Shown here in pieces: positions 19,793 through 29,119 of a stretch of DNA of 64,000 bases. Origin of the DNA: an uncultured delta proteobacterium. GTDB taxonomy: Bacteria; Desulfobacterota; Binatia; Binatales; Binataceae. Position 1 is the stretch's first letter, and each line of letters opens with the position of its first letter. A program made the translations under genes and the position numbers. Under the pieces are notes generated by a model. It was given only the letters and a program-made list of their open reading frames with translations, ran no database searches and was not told where the DNA came from. The stretch is from positions 960,001 to 1,024,000 of the forward strand of contig CAVRVY010000003.1 of NCBI GenBank assembly GCA_963724765.1. The letters run 5' to 3'.

Positions 19793-21688
19793 TCAGAAAT
19801 CTCCGGAGTCACGAGCCGCATCCGAGGCGCGGTCCCGGCGACTCTTCATATGGAACGCGATGAGCGAAATCGCCGCCGGTGTAATCCCGGGCATCCGCGC
19901 CGCCTGGCCGAGCGACCGCGGCCGCACGCTGAGCAACCGCTCGCGAACCTCGGTGGAAAGGCCGCTCACAGCAGAATAATCAACCCATTGCGGGATGACC
20001 GCGTCTTCCAGGCGCTTGAAGCGGTCGACCATCTCGGCTTGCCGCCTGACGTAGCCTTCGTATTTGACGTCGATCTCGAGTTGTGCCGCTTCGTCAGTGT
20101 CGAGGCCCTGCGTCAGACCCGCCATCGCGAGCACCGCGGCATACGAGACTTCCGGCCGCTTCAGCAGCTCGAAAGCGCGCGCCGGATGCGCGATTGGCGT
20201 CGATCCGCAAGCAACCAGCATCGCGTTGACCGCCTCGCTTGCCGCAACGAGCGCATCCGCAAGCCGCGCGACCTCGCGCTTCACTCGCTCGTCCTTGGTT
20301 CGCAAGCGCTCGCCGGCCGCCGCGCTGAGCAAGCCGAGGCGTTCTCCGATTGGCGTGAGCCGCCGGTCGGCGTTGTCTTCGCGCAGCAGCAGCCGGTACT
20401 CGGCGCGCGAGGTGAATATGCGATACGGCTCGCCGCCAATTCCGCGCGTCACCAGGTCGTCGATCATCACGCCTATATAGGCCTCGTCGCGCCTCAGGAT
20501 CAGCGGCGATTCGCCCCGGACCTTCAGCGCGGCATTGATTCCTGCCATCAGACCCTGCGCGCCGGCCTCCTCGTAGCCGGTGGTGCCGTTGATCTGGCCG
20601 GCGAAGAAAAGCCCCTCGACCAACTTGGTCTCAAGCGACGGCTGCAACTGGGTGGGATCGGAAAAGTCGTACTCGATCGCGTAGCCGGGACGCATAATTT
20701 CCGCGCGCTCCAACCCCCTTATCGACCGCACCATCGCAAGCTGCACGTCCAGCGGCAGGCTGGTCGAGAGCCCGTTGGGATAAACCTCCATCGTGTCGCG
20801 CCCCTCGGGTTCGAGAAAAATCTGATGGCGCTCCTTGTCGCGAAAGCGCATCACCTTGTCCTCGACCGACGGGCAGTAGCGCGGACCGCGGCTCTGAATC
20901 ACCCCGGAGTACATCGGCGAGCGGTCGATTCCGCCGCGGATAATCTCGTGCGTCAGCCTGTTGGTGTAGGTGAGATGGCACGCAATCTGATTCTGTTCGA
21001 TCCGCGCGGTGCGAAACGAGAAGGGCGGTGGTGGATCATCACCCGGCTGGAGCTCGAGTTCGGAGTAGTCGATACTGCGGCTGTCCAGGCGCGGGCAGGT
21101 GCCGGTCTTCAAGCGTCCAACGCGAAAGCCGAGTTGCGCCAGATGCTCGCTCAAGCCCATCGCGGCGAAGTCGCCCGCGCGCCCCGCCGAGTAATTCTTG
21201 AGCCCGATATGGACCAGGCCCTTAAGGAACGTGCCGGTGGTCAAAATCACGCATTCGGCCTCGAAAATCTCGCCGATTTGCGGTTCAACCCCGCGCACGC
21301 GCCCGCCCTCGACCAGCAAACGCTCGACGCTGGCCTGGCGAATCGTCAGGTTCGGCGTGGTCTCGAGCACGCGCTTCATCCGCGCGCGGTAGGCGGCTTT
21401 GTCGGCCTGGGCGCGTCGCGCGCGCACGGCCGGTCCTTTGCGCGTGTTGAGGAAGCGGAACTGGATCCCGGTCTCGTCGATCGCGAGCGCCATCTCGCCG
21501 CCCAGCGCATCGATCTCGCGCACCAGATGGCCCTTGCCGATCCCGCCAATCGCCGGATTGCACGACATCTGGCCGATATGGTCGAGGTTGAGCGTCAGCA
21601 TCAGGGTCGGAACCCCCATCCGGGCCGCGGCCAGGGAGGCCTCGATTCCGGCATGGCCGGCGCCAACGACGATTACACCGAAATTCAT
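19793..21688 (-). CDS. mnmG: tRNA U34 carboxymethylaminomethyl modification enzyme MnmG (GidA)
   Basis: VVGAGHAGIEA, MSCNPAIGG, RLKTGT, GPRYCPS and AGQINGTTGYEEA. Confidence 0.97.
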   Translation of the reverse strand: MNFGVIVVGAGHAGIEASLAAARMGVPTLMLTLNLDHIGQMSCNPAIGGIGKGHLVREIDALGGEMALAIDETGIQFRFLNTRKGPAVRARRAQADKAAYRARMKRVLETTPNLTIRQASVERLLVEGGRVRGVEPQIGEIFEAECVILTTGTFLKGLVHIGLKNYSAGRAGDFAAMGLSEHLAQLGFRVGRLKTGTCPRLDSRSIDYSELELQPGDDPPPPFSFRTARIEQNQIACHLTYTNRLTHEIIRGGIDRSPMYSGVIQSRGPRYCPSVEDKVMRFRDKERHQIFLEPEGRDTMEVYPNGLSTSLPLDVQLAMVRSIRGLERAEIMRPGYAIEYDFSDPTQLQPSLETKLVEGLFFAGQINGTTGYEEAGAQGLMAGINAALKVRGESPLILRRDEAYIGVMIDDLVTRGIGGEPYRIFTSRAEYRLLLREDNADRRLTPIGERLGLLSAAAGERLRTKDERVKREVARLADALVAASEAVNAMLVACGSTPIAHPARAFELLKRPEVSYAAVLAMAGLTQGLDTDEAAQLEIDVKYEGYVRRQAEMVDRFKRLEDAVIPQWVDYSAVSGLSTEVRERLLSVRPRSLGQAARMPGITPAAISLIAFHMKSRRDRASDAARDSGDF

Positions 21689-21813
21689 AGAGGACCGGAT
21701 TATGGCGCGCATGACGCGCTGGGCCAAGCGCTCCAGGATCGACCTTGTCTCTTTGAAGACCAGTCTTTGTTTACCTGGAGGATCGGCCTCGGTCTACTCA
21801 TTGTAGTAAAACA

Positions 21814-23196
21814 CTACTTTCCGATACAGAACTCGCGGAACACCGCGTCGAGCACGTCCTCGGTGCCGACCTCGCCGGTAAGCGCGCCCAGGGCCTCGGC
21901 GGCGGCCGCAGCGTCGACCGCGACGATTTCGGGCGGCATCCCGGAAAGCGCGCTCGCGCGAGCGCTCCCGATCGCTTCCAGAGCCTTCGCGAGCGCCTCA
22001 CGATGGCGCTCGCGGGAAATCGCGACGCCGTCGTCCGGGCCGCCGGCGGCCAGGGCCTCGACCGCGCGCGCAAGCTCGTCTCGAAGCGCCGGCGTACCGT
22101 CGGCGTTGAGCGCCGAGAACCGCAGCACCGGCATTCCCAGGCCCCGCTCCAAAAGATCGGCGGGCGCGAGCGCGGTAGGATTCAGGTCGGCCTTGTTGAG
22201 CAGGGCGACGCCGGCGCGCCCCGCGCAAAGCGCGAGCACCCGCGCGTCGTCGTCCTCAAACGGGCGCGAGGAGTCGAAGACCGCGATCAGCAGGTCGGCT
22301 TCCGCGACGCTACGCATCGTGCGCCCGATCCCGATGCGCTCGACCTCGTCGCCCGCCTCGCGAACCCCCGCGGTATCTTGAAGCACCAGCGGCCAGGGGC
22401 CCAGCGCCACCGATTCCTCGATAAGGTCGCGCGTGGTGCCAGGCGTCGCGGTCACGATAGCCCGGTCGGCCCCGAGCAACAGGTTAAGCAAGCTGGACTT
22501 GCCGGCGTTGGGCTTTCCCACGATGGCGGCGCGGGCGCCGTCGCGCGCCAAGCGCCCGCGCCTGAAGCTGTCATGCAACAGCGCGACGTCGTCGGCCAGA
22601 CGGGCGAGGTCCGCGGCGATTTCCTTGCGTCCAGGCAGGTTTAGCCCCTCATCGGCAAAGTCGATCTCGGCCTCCAGGTGAGCCCGGATGGCGATCACGC
22701 CGATGCGCAACTGTCCCACCCGTTGCGCCAATGCACCGCTAAGTTGCGCTAAAACCTGCTGAAGTGCGCTTTCGCTACGTACGTCTATCAGATCCGCAAC
22801 CGCCTCAGCCTCGGTCAAATCGATGCGGCCGTTCAGGAAGGCGCGGCGGCTGAACTCGCCCGGCTCGGCCATCCTGGCCCCGGCGGCCATCGCCAACCCC
22901 AGCACCCTGCGGACGATATATGGCCCGCCGTGACAGTGGAATTCTACGACATCTTCGCCCGTGAGGCTCGCCGGACCGGGCATCAAGACGCACATCGCGC
23001 GGTCGATGACGGCATCGGTCTGTGGGTCGCGAATCTCGCCGAGGGCAAGACGTCGCGGGCGCAGCGCCGCCGGGCTGTGTGGATGCCATAACAGCGTGGC
23101 GATCTGCGTCGCATGACCGCCCGAAAGTCGCACGATCGCAACGGCGCCTTTGCCTGGAGGCGTGGCCGGCGCGACGATAGTATCCTCGGCGTACAT
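21814..23196 (-). CDS. mnmE: tRNA modification GTPase MnmE (TrmE)
   Basis: DTIVAPATPPG, GKPNAGKSS, PGTTRD, DTAG, NKAD and C-terminal FCIGK. Confidence 0.97.
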   Translation of the reverse strand: MYAEDTIVAPATPPGKGAVAIVRLSGGHATQIATLLWHPHSPAALRPRRLALGEIRDPQTDAVIDRAMCVLMPGPASLTGEDVVEFHCHGGPYIVRRVLGLAMAAGARMAEPGEFSRRAFLNGRIDLTEAEAVADLIDVRSESALQQVLAQLSGALAQRVGQLRIGVIAIRAHLEAEIDFADEGLNLPGRKEIAADLARLADDVALLHDSFRRGRLARDGARAAIVGKPNAGKSSLLNLLLGADRAIVTATPGTTRDLIEESVALGPWPLVLQDTAGVREAGDEVERIGIGRTMRSVAEADLLIAVFDSSRPFEDDDARVLALCAGRAGVALLNKADLNPTALAPADLLERGLGMPVLRFSALNADGTPALRDELARAVEALAAGGPDDGVAISRERHREALAKALEAIGSARASALSGMPPEIVAVDAAAAAEALGALTGEVGTEDVLDAVFREFCIGK

Positions 23197-23322
23197 CGGA
23201 ACTTGCGCGGACTGCCGCCCATGGGGGCGCGGAAGGTCCTTCGCGCCGGTATTGTCCAGCCCCAGCGCGCGAGATGGAAGCGACGGCCTGACTTTAGCCT
23301 CATCTCGATTTTGGTATATCTC

Positions 23323-23427
23323 ATGGACATGCTCATCGCAGCTCATGCGATGCGTGAGAAGGTCGCGCTGGTGAAGCGTAACCAGTCCGAGTTTCGCCGG
23401 GTCGTGGGCCTCAGACTCGAAAACTAG
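23323..23427 (+). pseudogene. C-terminal relic of a VapC (PIN-domain) toxin
   Basis: MDMLIAAHAMREKVALVKRNQSEFRRVVGLRLEN* matches the VapC C-terminal pattern DxLIAAHA-x5-LVTxNxxEFxRVxGLxxENW, with a TAG where the terminal Trp codon is expected. No N-terminal part or vapB found. Confidence 0.7.
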
Positions 23428-23623
23428 GCGGACACTAGTACCTGAGCCCTGACGCTTCAGGTAGGCGAGTCTTCCCCCCCCCGATAGGCTTGCCCGCGCG
23501 GCGTCCGTATGGTTCCATGGCTTGTTCAGCGTGAGGCCCGCGCCTCTTCGTGGAACAAGTGGAAAAATCAAAACATGGTGGGCTCGGCACGAGCCGACAT
23601 TTGGCCGCTTTTGGCCGCAGGCG

Positions 23624-23782
23624 ATGAAAAGGACTTATCAACCGCACAACCGCCGCCGTTTACGGACGCACGGATTCATGGCGCGCATGGCCACGCCGGG
23701 CGGAAGAAACATTCTCAGACGCCGCCGCGCCAAGGGGCGCGTGCGCCTGACCATAACCATTCCTCCCAAGCAGCCCGGCTAG
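23624..23782 (+). CDS. rpmH: 50S ribosomal protein L34
   Basis: [22 protein letters not shown]...RRRAKGR. Confidence 0.97.
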   Translation: MKRTYQPHNRRRLRTHGFMARMATPGGRNILRRRRAKGRVRLTITIPPKQPG

Positions 23783-23802
23783 ACCGGCGGCGGCCCGCCG
23801 TC

Positions 23803-24210
23803 TTGAGCGCCAGTTCTGCGGGATTCGGCGCGGCCGATCGGCTGCGCAAATCCGGAGAATTCCTTCAGCTCCAGCGGCGCGGCGCACGACATCAGAGCGG
23901 ACATTTCGTGCTCTACGGACTCGGCGGCGCCTCGGACGAGCGCTCGCGGCTGGGAATCACGGTTTCGCGCCGGGTGGGCAACGCGGTGGTTCGCAACCTG
24001 CTCAAGCGCCGCGTGCGCGAGTGCTACAGGCTTAGACTGCGGGCGATGTTGCCGGCGGGAGTGGCGATGGTGGTAATCGCGCGCAAGGGCGCCGGGGAAC
24101 TGAAGTGGATGGCGATCGACGCCGAACTCCTCGACAGTGTCGCCAATCTCCGGCGCAAGCTCGATAGCCATATCAAACCCCGATCCGGGACAGAGCGCGG
24201 CCGTGATTGA
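23803..24210 (+). CDS. rnpA: Ribonuclease P protein component
   Basis: [29 protein letters not shown]; follows rpmH; TTG start inferred. Confidence 0.93.
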   Translation: MSASSAGFGAADRLRKSGEFLQLQRRGARHQSGHFVLYGLGGASDERSRLGITVSRRVGNAVVRNLLKRRVRECYRLRLRAMLPAGVAMVVIARKGAGELKWMAIDAELLDSVANLRRKLDSHIKPRSGTERGRD

Positions 24211-24493
24211 GGCCGTGAAGAGGCGGCTTCGCGCCGTGGCAATCGCGACCGCTCTGGGCGCCGTCGCAGCCTATCGCTGGTTGATCTCGCCGCTGCTGGT
24301 GGCGACGGCGGGCCCCGCCTGCCGCTTCGATCCGACCTGCTCCGAATACGCGCATCAGGCCCTGGCCACCCATGGCCTCGGCCGTGGTCTTCACCTTATC
24401 CTGCGCCGTCTTTTGCGATGCCGTCCGATGGGCGGATGGGGTTACGACCCCGTGCCAGCAGCGCATCCGGCACAAGGCCCACAGCATCCCTGA
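24203..24493 (+). CDS. yidD: Membrane protein insertion efficiency factor
   Basis: [18 protein letters not shown] and [14 protein letters not shown]. Confidence 0.93.
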   Translation: MIEAVKRRLRAVAIATALGAVAAYRWLISPLLVATAGPACRFDPTCSEYAHQALATHGLGRGLHLILRRLLRCRPMGGWGYDPVPAAHPAQGPQHP

Positions 24494-24502
24494 AGGAGCA
24501 AT

Positions 24503-26293
24503 TTGGACAGCACACGCCAAATCATCGTCTTCGTCCTGCTGATCATCGCGGCCATCTTCTACACCGATTTCATCCGCTGGGTTCGTCCGCCGAAGGCACC
24601 GATGGGGCAACAGACTGCGCAACCGGCTGGCGGCGCCTCGCCTGCGTCCCCGGGCAAGCAGGCCGCGGCGGGAGCGGGCGGGAGTTCGCCGATGTCGACT
24701 CCCATGTCGTCCGCGATGTCATCCCCGATGTCGTCCCCCATCTCGTCACCCGTGTCCTCTCCGATTTCGTCCGCTGGATCGACGGCGCAGGCGACCGGCG
24801 GCGTGCCGGAACCCGAGTCGCTGATCCCGACGACGATGAGCGCGAGCCCGCCGCGCGCGGTCGAAGTCGACACGGACCTCTATGAGGCCACTTTTACGGC
24901 CAAAGGCGCGCGACTCCTGAGCTTCCGGCTCAAGCGCTATCGCCAGACCGTGCGCAAGGACAGCCCGCTCTACGATGTAGTCGTGCAGGGCGAGCGCCTG
25001 CCAATGGGCCTGATTGTCAACCGCGGCGACAAAATATTCGGCGACTCCGGGATCGACTACATCACGGACGCGCCGGCGCAAGTCGAAGCCGGCCCTGGCG
25101 CCGACACCACGGTCACTTTCACCGCCGATACCAAGGAAGGACTCAAGCTGAGCAAGCGCTTCACTTTCCGCAATGGAAGCTACCTCTATGATATCGACGC
25201 GGAGGTAGGCGGGGCGACGCCGGACGTCAAGGCCATCGGATTCACCATGAGCCAGCCGCTGACCGAACGCGCGCCGGAGCAGGGTTATCGCGATTACCCG
25301 GCGGTCCAGGCCGACGTCGGCGGCAAGGTCCTCAACGAGTACCAAAAGCAACTCGAGAAGGGACTTGCGCCGGCCGAGGGCGACATCGCCTTCGCCGGCA
25401 TGGGCGACCGCTATTTTCTCTCGGCCTTCATTCCCAAGGCGCCCACGAAGGGCGAGGTGCGGATGGAGTACAGCGAGGGCGAAGCGCGGGCGGAAATGCT
25501 ATTTCCGGGGACCCTCAAGGCCGCGACGGCAGTTTACATGGGACCCAAGCAGCTCAATCTGCTGGAGGCGGCGAGCCCGAACCTGAGCAAGGCGATCAAC
25601 TTCGGCTGGTTCGGCGTGCTCGCGATCGTTTTCCTGCGTGCGCTCCAGATACTCCATACGATCGCCCCCAACTACGGCTGGGACATAATATTGCTGACGC
25701 TGGCGGTGCGGCTCGCGACTCTGCCGGCATCGATCAAGGCCCAGCGCTCGGCCTTGCGGATGCAGCGCCTGGCGCCGCAGGTGGAGAAAATCCGCGCGAA
25801 ATTCAAGGATGATTCGACTCAGCTCAATCGAGAGATGATGGAGCTGTACAAGCGCAACCACGTCAATCCGCTAGGCGGATGCATCCCGACCGCGATTCAG
25901 TTCCCAATTCTCTATGGACTTTACGAGGCGCTGCTCAATTCGATCGAGTTGCGCCATGCCCCGTTCGTCGGCTGGATCAGAGACCTATCCGCGCCCGACT
26001 GCCTGCCAATCGCGTGGATGCCCAAGGTGCCCGGTATCGACTGTCACGGCCTTCCGATCCTGGTCCTGCTGATGGGCGTCAGCACATTCCTGCAGCAATG
26101 GATGATGCCGAAGGCCGGCGACCCCAACCAGCAGAAGATGATGATGTGGATGCCCATCTTCTTCACCGTGCTGTTCATAGCTCTACCGGCTGGGTTGTCG
26201 CTCTATTACTTTGCTTCCAATCTACTGGGTATAATTCAACAGTTCTTCCTGAACCGGGAATTCAAACAATACACCCCAGTTGCCGCAGCATGA
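24503..26293 (+). CDS. yidC: Membrane protein insertase YidC
   Basis: INFGWF, NYGWDII, NPLGGC, WIRDLS and PAGLSLYY. Confidence 0.95.
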   Translation: MDSTRQIIVFVLLIIAAIFYTDFIRWVRPPKAPMGQQTAQPAGGASPASPGKQAAAGAGGSSPMSTPMSSAMSSPMSSPISSPVSSPISSAGSTAQATGGVPEPESLIPTTMSASPPRAVEVDTDLYEATFTAKGARLLSFRLKRYRQTVRKDSPLYDVVVQGERLPMGLIVNRGDKIFGDSGIDYITDAPAQVEAGPGADTTVTFTADTKEGLKLSKRFTFRNGSYLYDIDAEVGGATPDVKAIGFTMSQPLTERAPEQGYRDYPAVQADVGGKVLNEYQKQLEKGLAPAEGDIAFAGMGDRYFLSAFIPKAPTKGEVRMEYSEGEARAEMLFPGTLKAATAVYMGPKQLNLLEAASPNLSKAINFGWFGVLAIVFLRALQILHTIAPNYGWDIILLTLAVRLATLPASIKAQRSALRMQRLAPQVEKIRAKFKDDSTQLNREMMELYKRNHVNPLGGCIPTAIQFPILYGLYEALLNSIELRHAPFVGWIRDLSAPDCLPIAWMPKVPGIDCHGLPILVLLMGVSTFLQQWMMPKAGDPNQQKMMMWMPIFFTVLFIALPAGLSLYYFASNLLGIIQQFFLNREFKQYTPVAAA

Positions 26294-27492
26294 GCGAACC
26301 TAACGAAGCGATCGAGGTAGCCGCCCCCAGCGTCGACGAAGCGATCAAGCAAGCGCTTGACCAGCTGGGGGCCTCCGAAGACGACGTCATTATCCAGGTG
26401 CTGAGCACACCGCGCTCCGGCGTGCTCGGACTGGGCGCTCGGCAGGCCCGCGTGCGGGTGGAACGCCGCGCACCTGAGGGGGCGCGAAGCGGTGTGATGT
26501 CACCGCCGCCCGCACCGCCGCCTCGCCCGCGCCCGCCGACAGAACCCACGGCGGCAAGCGCGGCCGGCACAGGTGCGCCGGGCGGCGGATCGCGTCCGGC
26601 ACCGCAAAGATCGGCTGGCGAACAGTCTTCAAGCGGCCGGCCTTCGGCCGAGTCCTATGAGCGGCCCGCGCCGCCGCGATCATCTCCGGCAACGCCGCCG
26701 CCGCGGCGACGCGATCAGGAACGCGACCAGCCGCCGCCAGCGCGGTCGTCAGGTGGTAACGCGGAGCGGCGGGTCGAGGCTTCGACGCGGCATGAAGAGA
26801 GCGCGGGCGGGGACGACGAGGGCGACGCGGGGCGCAAGACGGTAGGACTCGACGACCAGGTCCGTGAAGCCACTGCGATCCTGTCACAGATCCTGCAGCT
26901 GATGGGCGAGCGGGGCGAAATCACCACCACCGAGGAGGACTCGGAAGGAATCGAACTGGCGATCAAGGGCGATGGCTCGGGACTTCTCATCGGACGTCAC
27001 GGTCAGACCCTGGATTCCCTGGAGTACCTCGTCAACCGCATCCTGGCGCGGCAGGTCAAAGACGCCGTACCAATCACGATCGATACCGAATCCTACCGCG
27101 AGCGCCGGCGCCGACAGCTTCATCGCATGGCGCTGTCGATGGCCGAGCAGACCAAGCGCGAGCACGTATCTGTCACGCTCGATCCGATGCCGCCGCGCGA
27201 CCGGCGAATCGTGCATCTCGCGCTCAAGGATGACCCGCTGATCACGACTCGCTCGACCGGCGATGGCTTTTTGCGCGTGGTCGAGATAATCCCGGTCGGC
27301 GAGCGCCGCGAAAGCGGTGGCACCCGCGGCCGACCCCGTGGCGGCGGCGGCGCTAGCGGCGGCGGCGGTAGCAGTGGGGGCGGCAGTGGTCGTGGGCGCG
27401 AGCGCGAACGTGAACCGGAGCCTCAGCGCGAGCGCGATCAGCCGATCGGCCAGCAGGGCGGCTTCAAGCACGGCCAGAAACGGATGTTCTAG
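26290..27492 (+). CDS. jag: Jag/KhpB (EloR) RNA-binding protein (Jag_N, KH, R3H)
   Basis: SVDEAIKQAL, LLIGRHGQTLDSL and RRIVH; long Pro-rich linker. Confidence 0.92.
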   Translation: MSEPNEAIEVAAPSVDEAIKQALDQLGASEDDVIIQVLSTPRSGVLGLGARQARVRVERRAPEGARSGVMSPPPAPPPRPRPPTEPTAASAAGTGAPGGGSRPAPQRSAGEQSSSGRPSAESYERPAPPRSSPATPPPRRRDQERDQPPPARSSGGNAERRVEASTRHEESAGGDDEGDAGRKTVGLDDQVREATAILSQILQLMGERGEITTTEEDSEGIELAIKGDGSGLLIGRHGQTLDSLEYLVNRILARQVKDAVPITIDTESYRERRRRQLHRMALSMAEQTKREHVSVTLDPMPPRDRRIVHLALKDDPLITTRSTGDGFLRVVEIIPVGERRESGGTRGRPRGGGGASGGGGSSGGGSGRGREREREPEPQRERDQPIGQQGGFKHGQKRMF

Positions 27493-27521
27493 TCCATAAC
27501 CTGCGGCAGCCTAAGCTTCGA

Positions 27522-27543
27522 CCCTTTCCCGATGCGGGAAGGG
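27522..27543. repeat. REP-like hairpin CCCTTTCCC...GGGAAGGG
   Basis: Inverted repeat downstream of jag; related to the hairpins at 28756 and 38057. Confidence 0.45.
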
Positions 27544-27702
27544 AGTAAACTTGATGCGGCAGCAGATGGCGGCGCGTGGCAAACGCGCGGGCGCGGGTCT
27601 AAAGATCAACGTGACGACGGCACCGGACGCGTGATGATCGCGTGTCCGGTGCCGCTGTCGATTCGGGCGCTAGCTGGCCGGCGTTAGTGAGACGCGCGCC
27701 GC

Positions 27703-28062
27703 CTAGGCGTTGGGATCGAGTCCCCACTTGCGTTTGTTTTCGGCGATCTGGTCGGAGGTCGGATGTTCCGTCTGGGTGAAGGTCTTCACTTTGAACTGGT
27801 CGGCCAGCTCCAACGTGGCGTGGTTGAGCGCGATGTCGTCCTTGAAGACCTCGGGGGTCGCCGGCTCCTCGAAAATCGCCTGCCATGGGCATTCGGGCTC
27901 GCACGCGCCGCAGTCGATACATTCGTCGGGGTTGATGTAGAGCATGTTGGGGAAGCGCTGTTTGTCCTCGCCCACATACTCGTAAATGCAATCGACCGGA
28001 CACACGCTGACACATCCGGTGTCAACGCAGTCTATGCACAATCGGGTTATGGTCCAGGGCAT
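27703..28062 (-). CDS. Dicluster (FdxA-type) ferredoxin
   Basis: [17 protein letters not shown] and [13 protein letters not shown]. Confidence 0.93.
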   Translation of the reverse strand: MPWTITRLCIDCVDTGCVSVCPVDCIYEYVGEDKQRFPNMLYINPDECIDCGACEPECPWQAIFEEPATPEVFKDDIALNHATLELADQFKVKTFTQTEHPTSDQIAENKRKWGLDPNA

Positions 28063-28281
28063 GTTCCGTCATCCTCTCCTGTCGGGCAGCAGCGCCTTCA
28101 AATTATAACGGCCGCAGGGCCGCGCTGAGAAGCCGCCGCACCCATGGCCTTGGCTTTCGTTCAGGCGCAACTTCTATAGCATAGATTGACCCGCCGCAAG
28201 AAAGAAACGGCACCTGCCTGCGACGGCGCCGCGCCAGCGGGTGCGAGCGCCGGAGGCGGCGTTTGTGCAAGGAGGAACGCG

Positions 28282-28701
28282 ATGGAGATCAACGGGGTCG
28301 CGCATGTGATGCTCACGGTCAGCGACTACGAGGCCTGCCTGCCGTTTTACGAGAAGCTGCTGCCGTTTTTGGGCTTGACGTTCGTGGTCCGCAAGACCGG
28401 CTCCCAATTCTATTGTATCGGCGGCCGCACCGGGATAGGCATCCACAAGGCGCCGGAGAAATATCGCAGCGAGCGTTTTGTCCAAGGGCGCGCCGGATTG
28501 CATCACGTCTGCCTGCGCGCGAGCGAGCGCAAAGACGTCGACGCGGTCTACCAGTTCCTGCTCGGCATCGGCGCCACGATCATCCATCCGCCCGACGAGG
28601 GCACGTGGGCCGCGGGCTATTACTCGGTGCTGTTCGAGGACCCCGACGGCATCCGGCTCGAAGTCAATCATATCCCCGGCAAGGGCTTGCTCGCCGAGTA
28701 G
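28282..28701 (+). CDS. VOC/glyoxalase family protein
   Basis: HVMLTVSD, GLHHVCL, FEDPDGIRLE; AGGAGG RBS. Confidence 0.9.
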   Translation: MEINGVAHVMLTVSDYEACLPFYEKLLPFLGLTFVVRKTGSQFYCIGGRTGIGIHKAPEKYRSERFVQGRAGLHHVCLRASERKDVDAVYQFLLGIGATIIHPPDEGTWAAGYYSVLFEDPDGIRLEVNHIPGKGLLAE

Positions 28702-28755
28702 CCGCGCTAGCGCGCGCGCAAACTTCGCGACGGCCTGGGTAGCGCCGTCCCCTTC

Positions 28756-28785
28756 TAACCCTCTCTTTGTCCAAGGAGAGGGTTA
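28756..28785. repeat. REP-like hairpin TAACCCTCTC...GAGAGGGTTA
   Basis: 10-bp inverted arms, followed by GGGAGAGG. Confidence 0.55.
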
Positions 28786-29119
28786 GGGAGAGGTCCCGCG
28801 ATCGGATTCACGACCCGCTCGGAGTGCCCGCGGCCGAGCGCAAATAAGACAGACCTCTCCCGCGCCCGGCTATACGAAGCTCTCTTCATAAAAACGAGCG
28901 GACGGACGCGCGGCCCCCCTGGCTGCGCGTCCGTCGCAGCGGCGGACGGGTGCGTCCGAGGCTTCGCGCGTCTACCACGCTGGCCAGCACTCGATGCCAG
29001 GAGCCGCCACCGTTTAACAAGCAGATCATACGGTCTTCGCAATCGAATGCATATTCGCCGGTTATGTAGCTAGCGCCAAATAGGTTGGCCGACAAATTTT
29101 AGGAGAAACGGAACATACG

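Noticed and set aside
19109-22381. 1090-aa plus-strand ORF
   Set aside because: Antisense shadow of rsmG/mnmG/mnmE in high-GC DNA; it runs through the parS sites and has no recognisable domain.
23543-23557. Third parS-like half site (CGTGGAACA)
   Set aside because: Only one arm matches and it is not palindromic.
23197-23571. 125-aa N-terminal extension of MnmE in the ORF track
   Set aside because: The canonical start is MYAEDTIVA at 23196; the extension is the antisense of the vapC relic and promoter region.
25879-26289. N-terminal extension of Jag overlapping yidC
   Set aside because: It is an alternative frame inside yidC; the Jag_N domain begins at the ATG at 26290.
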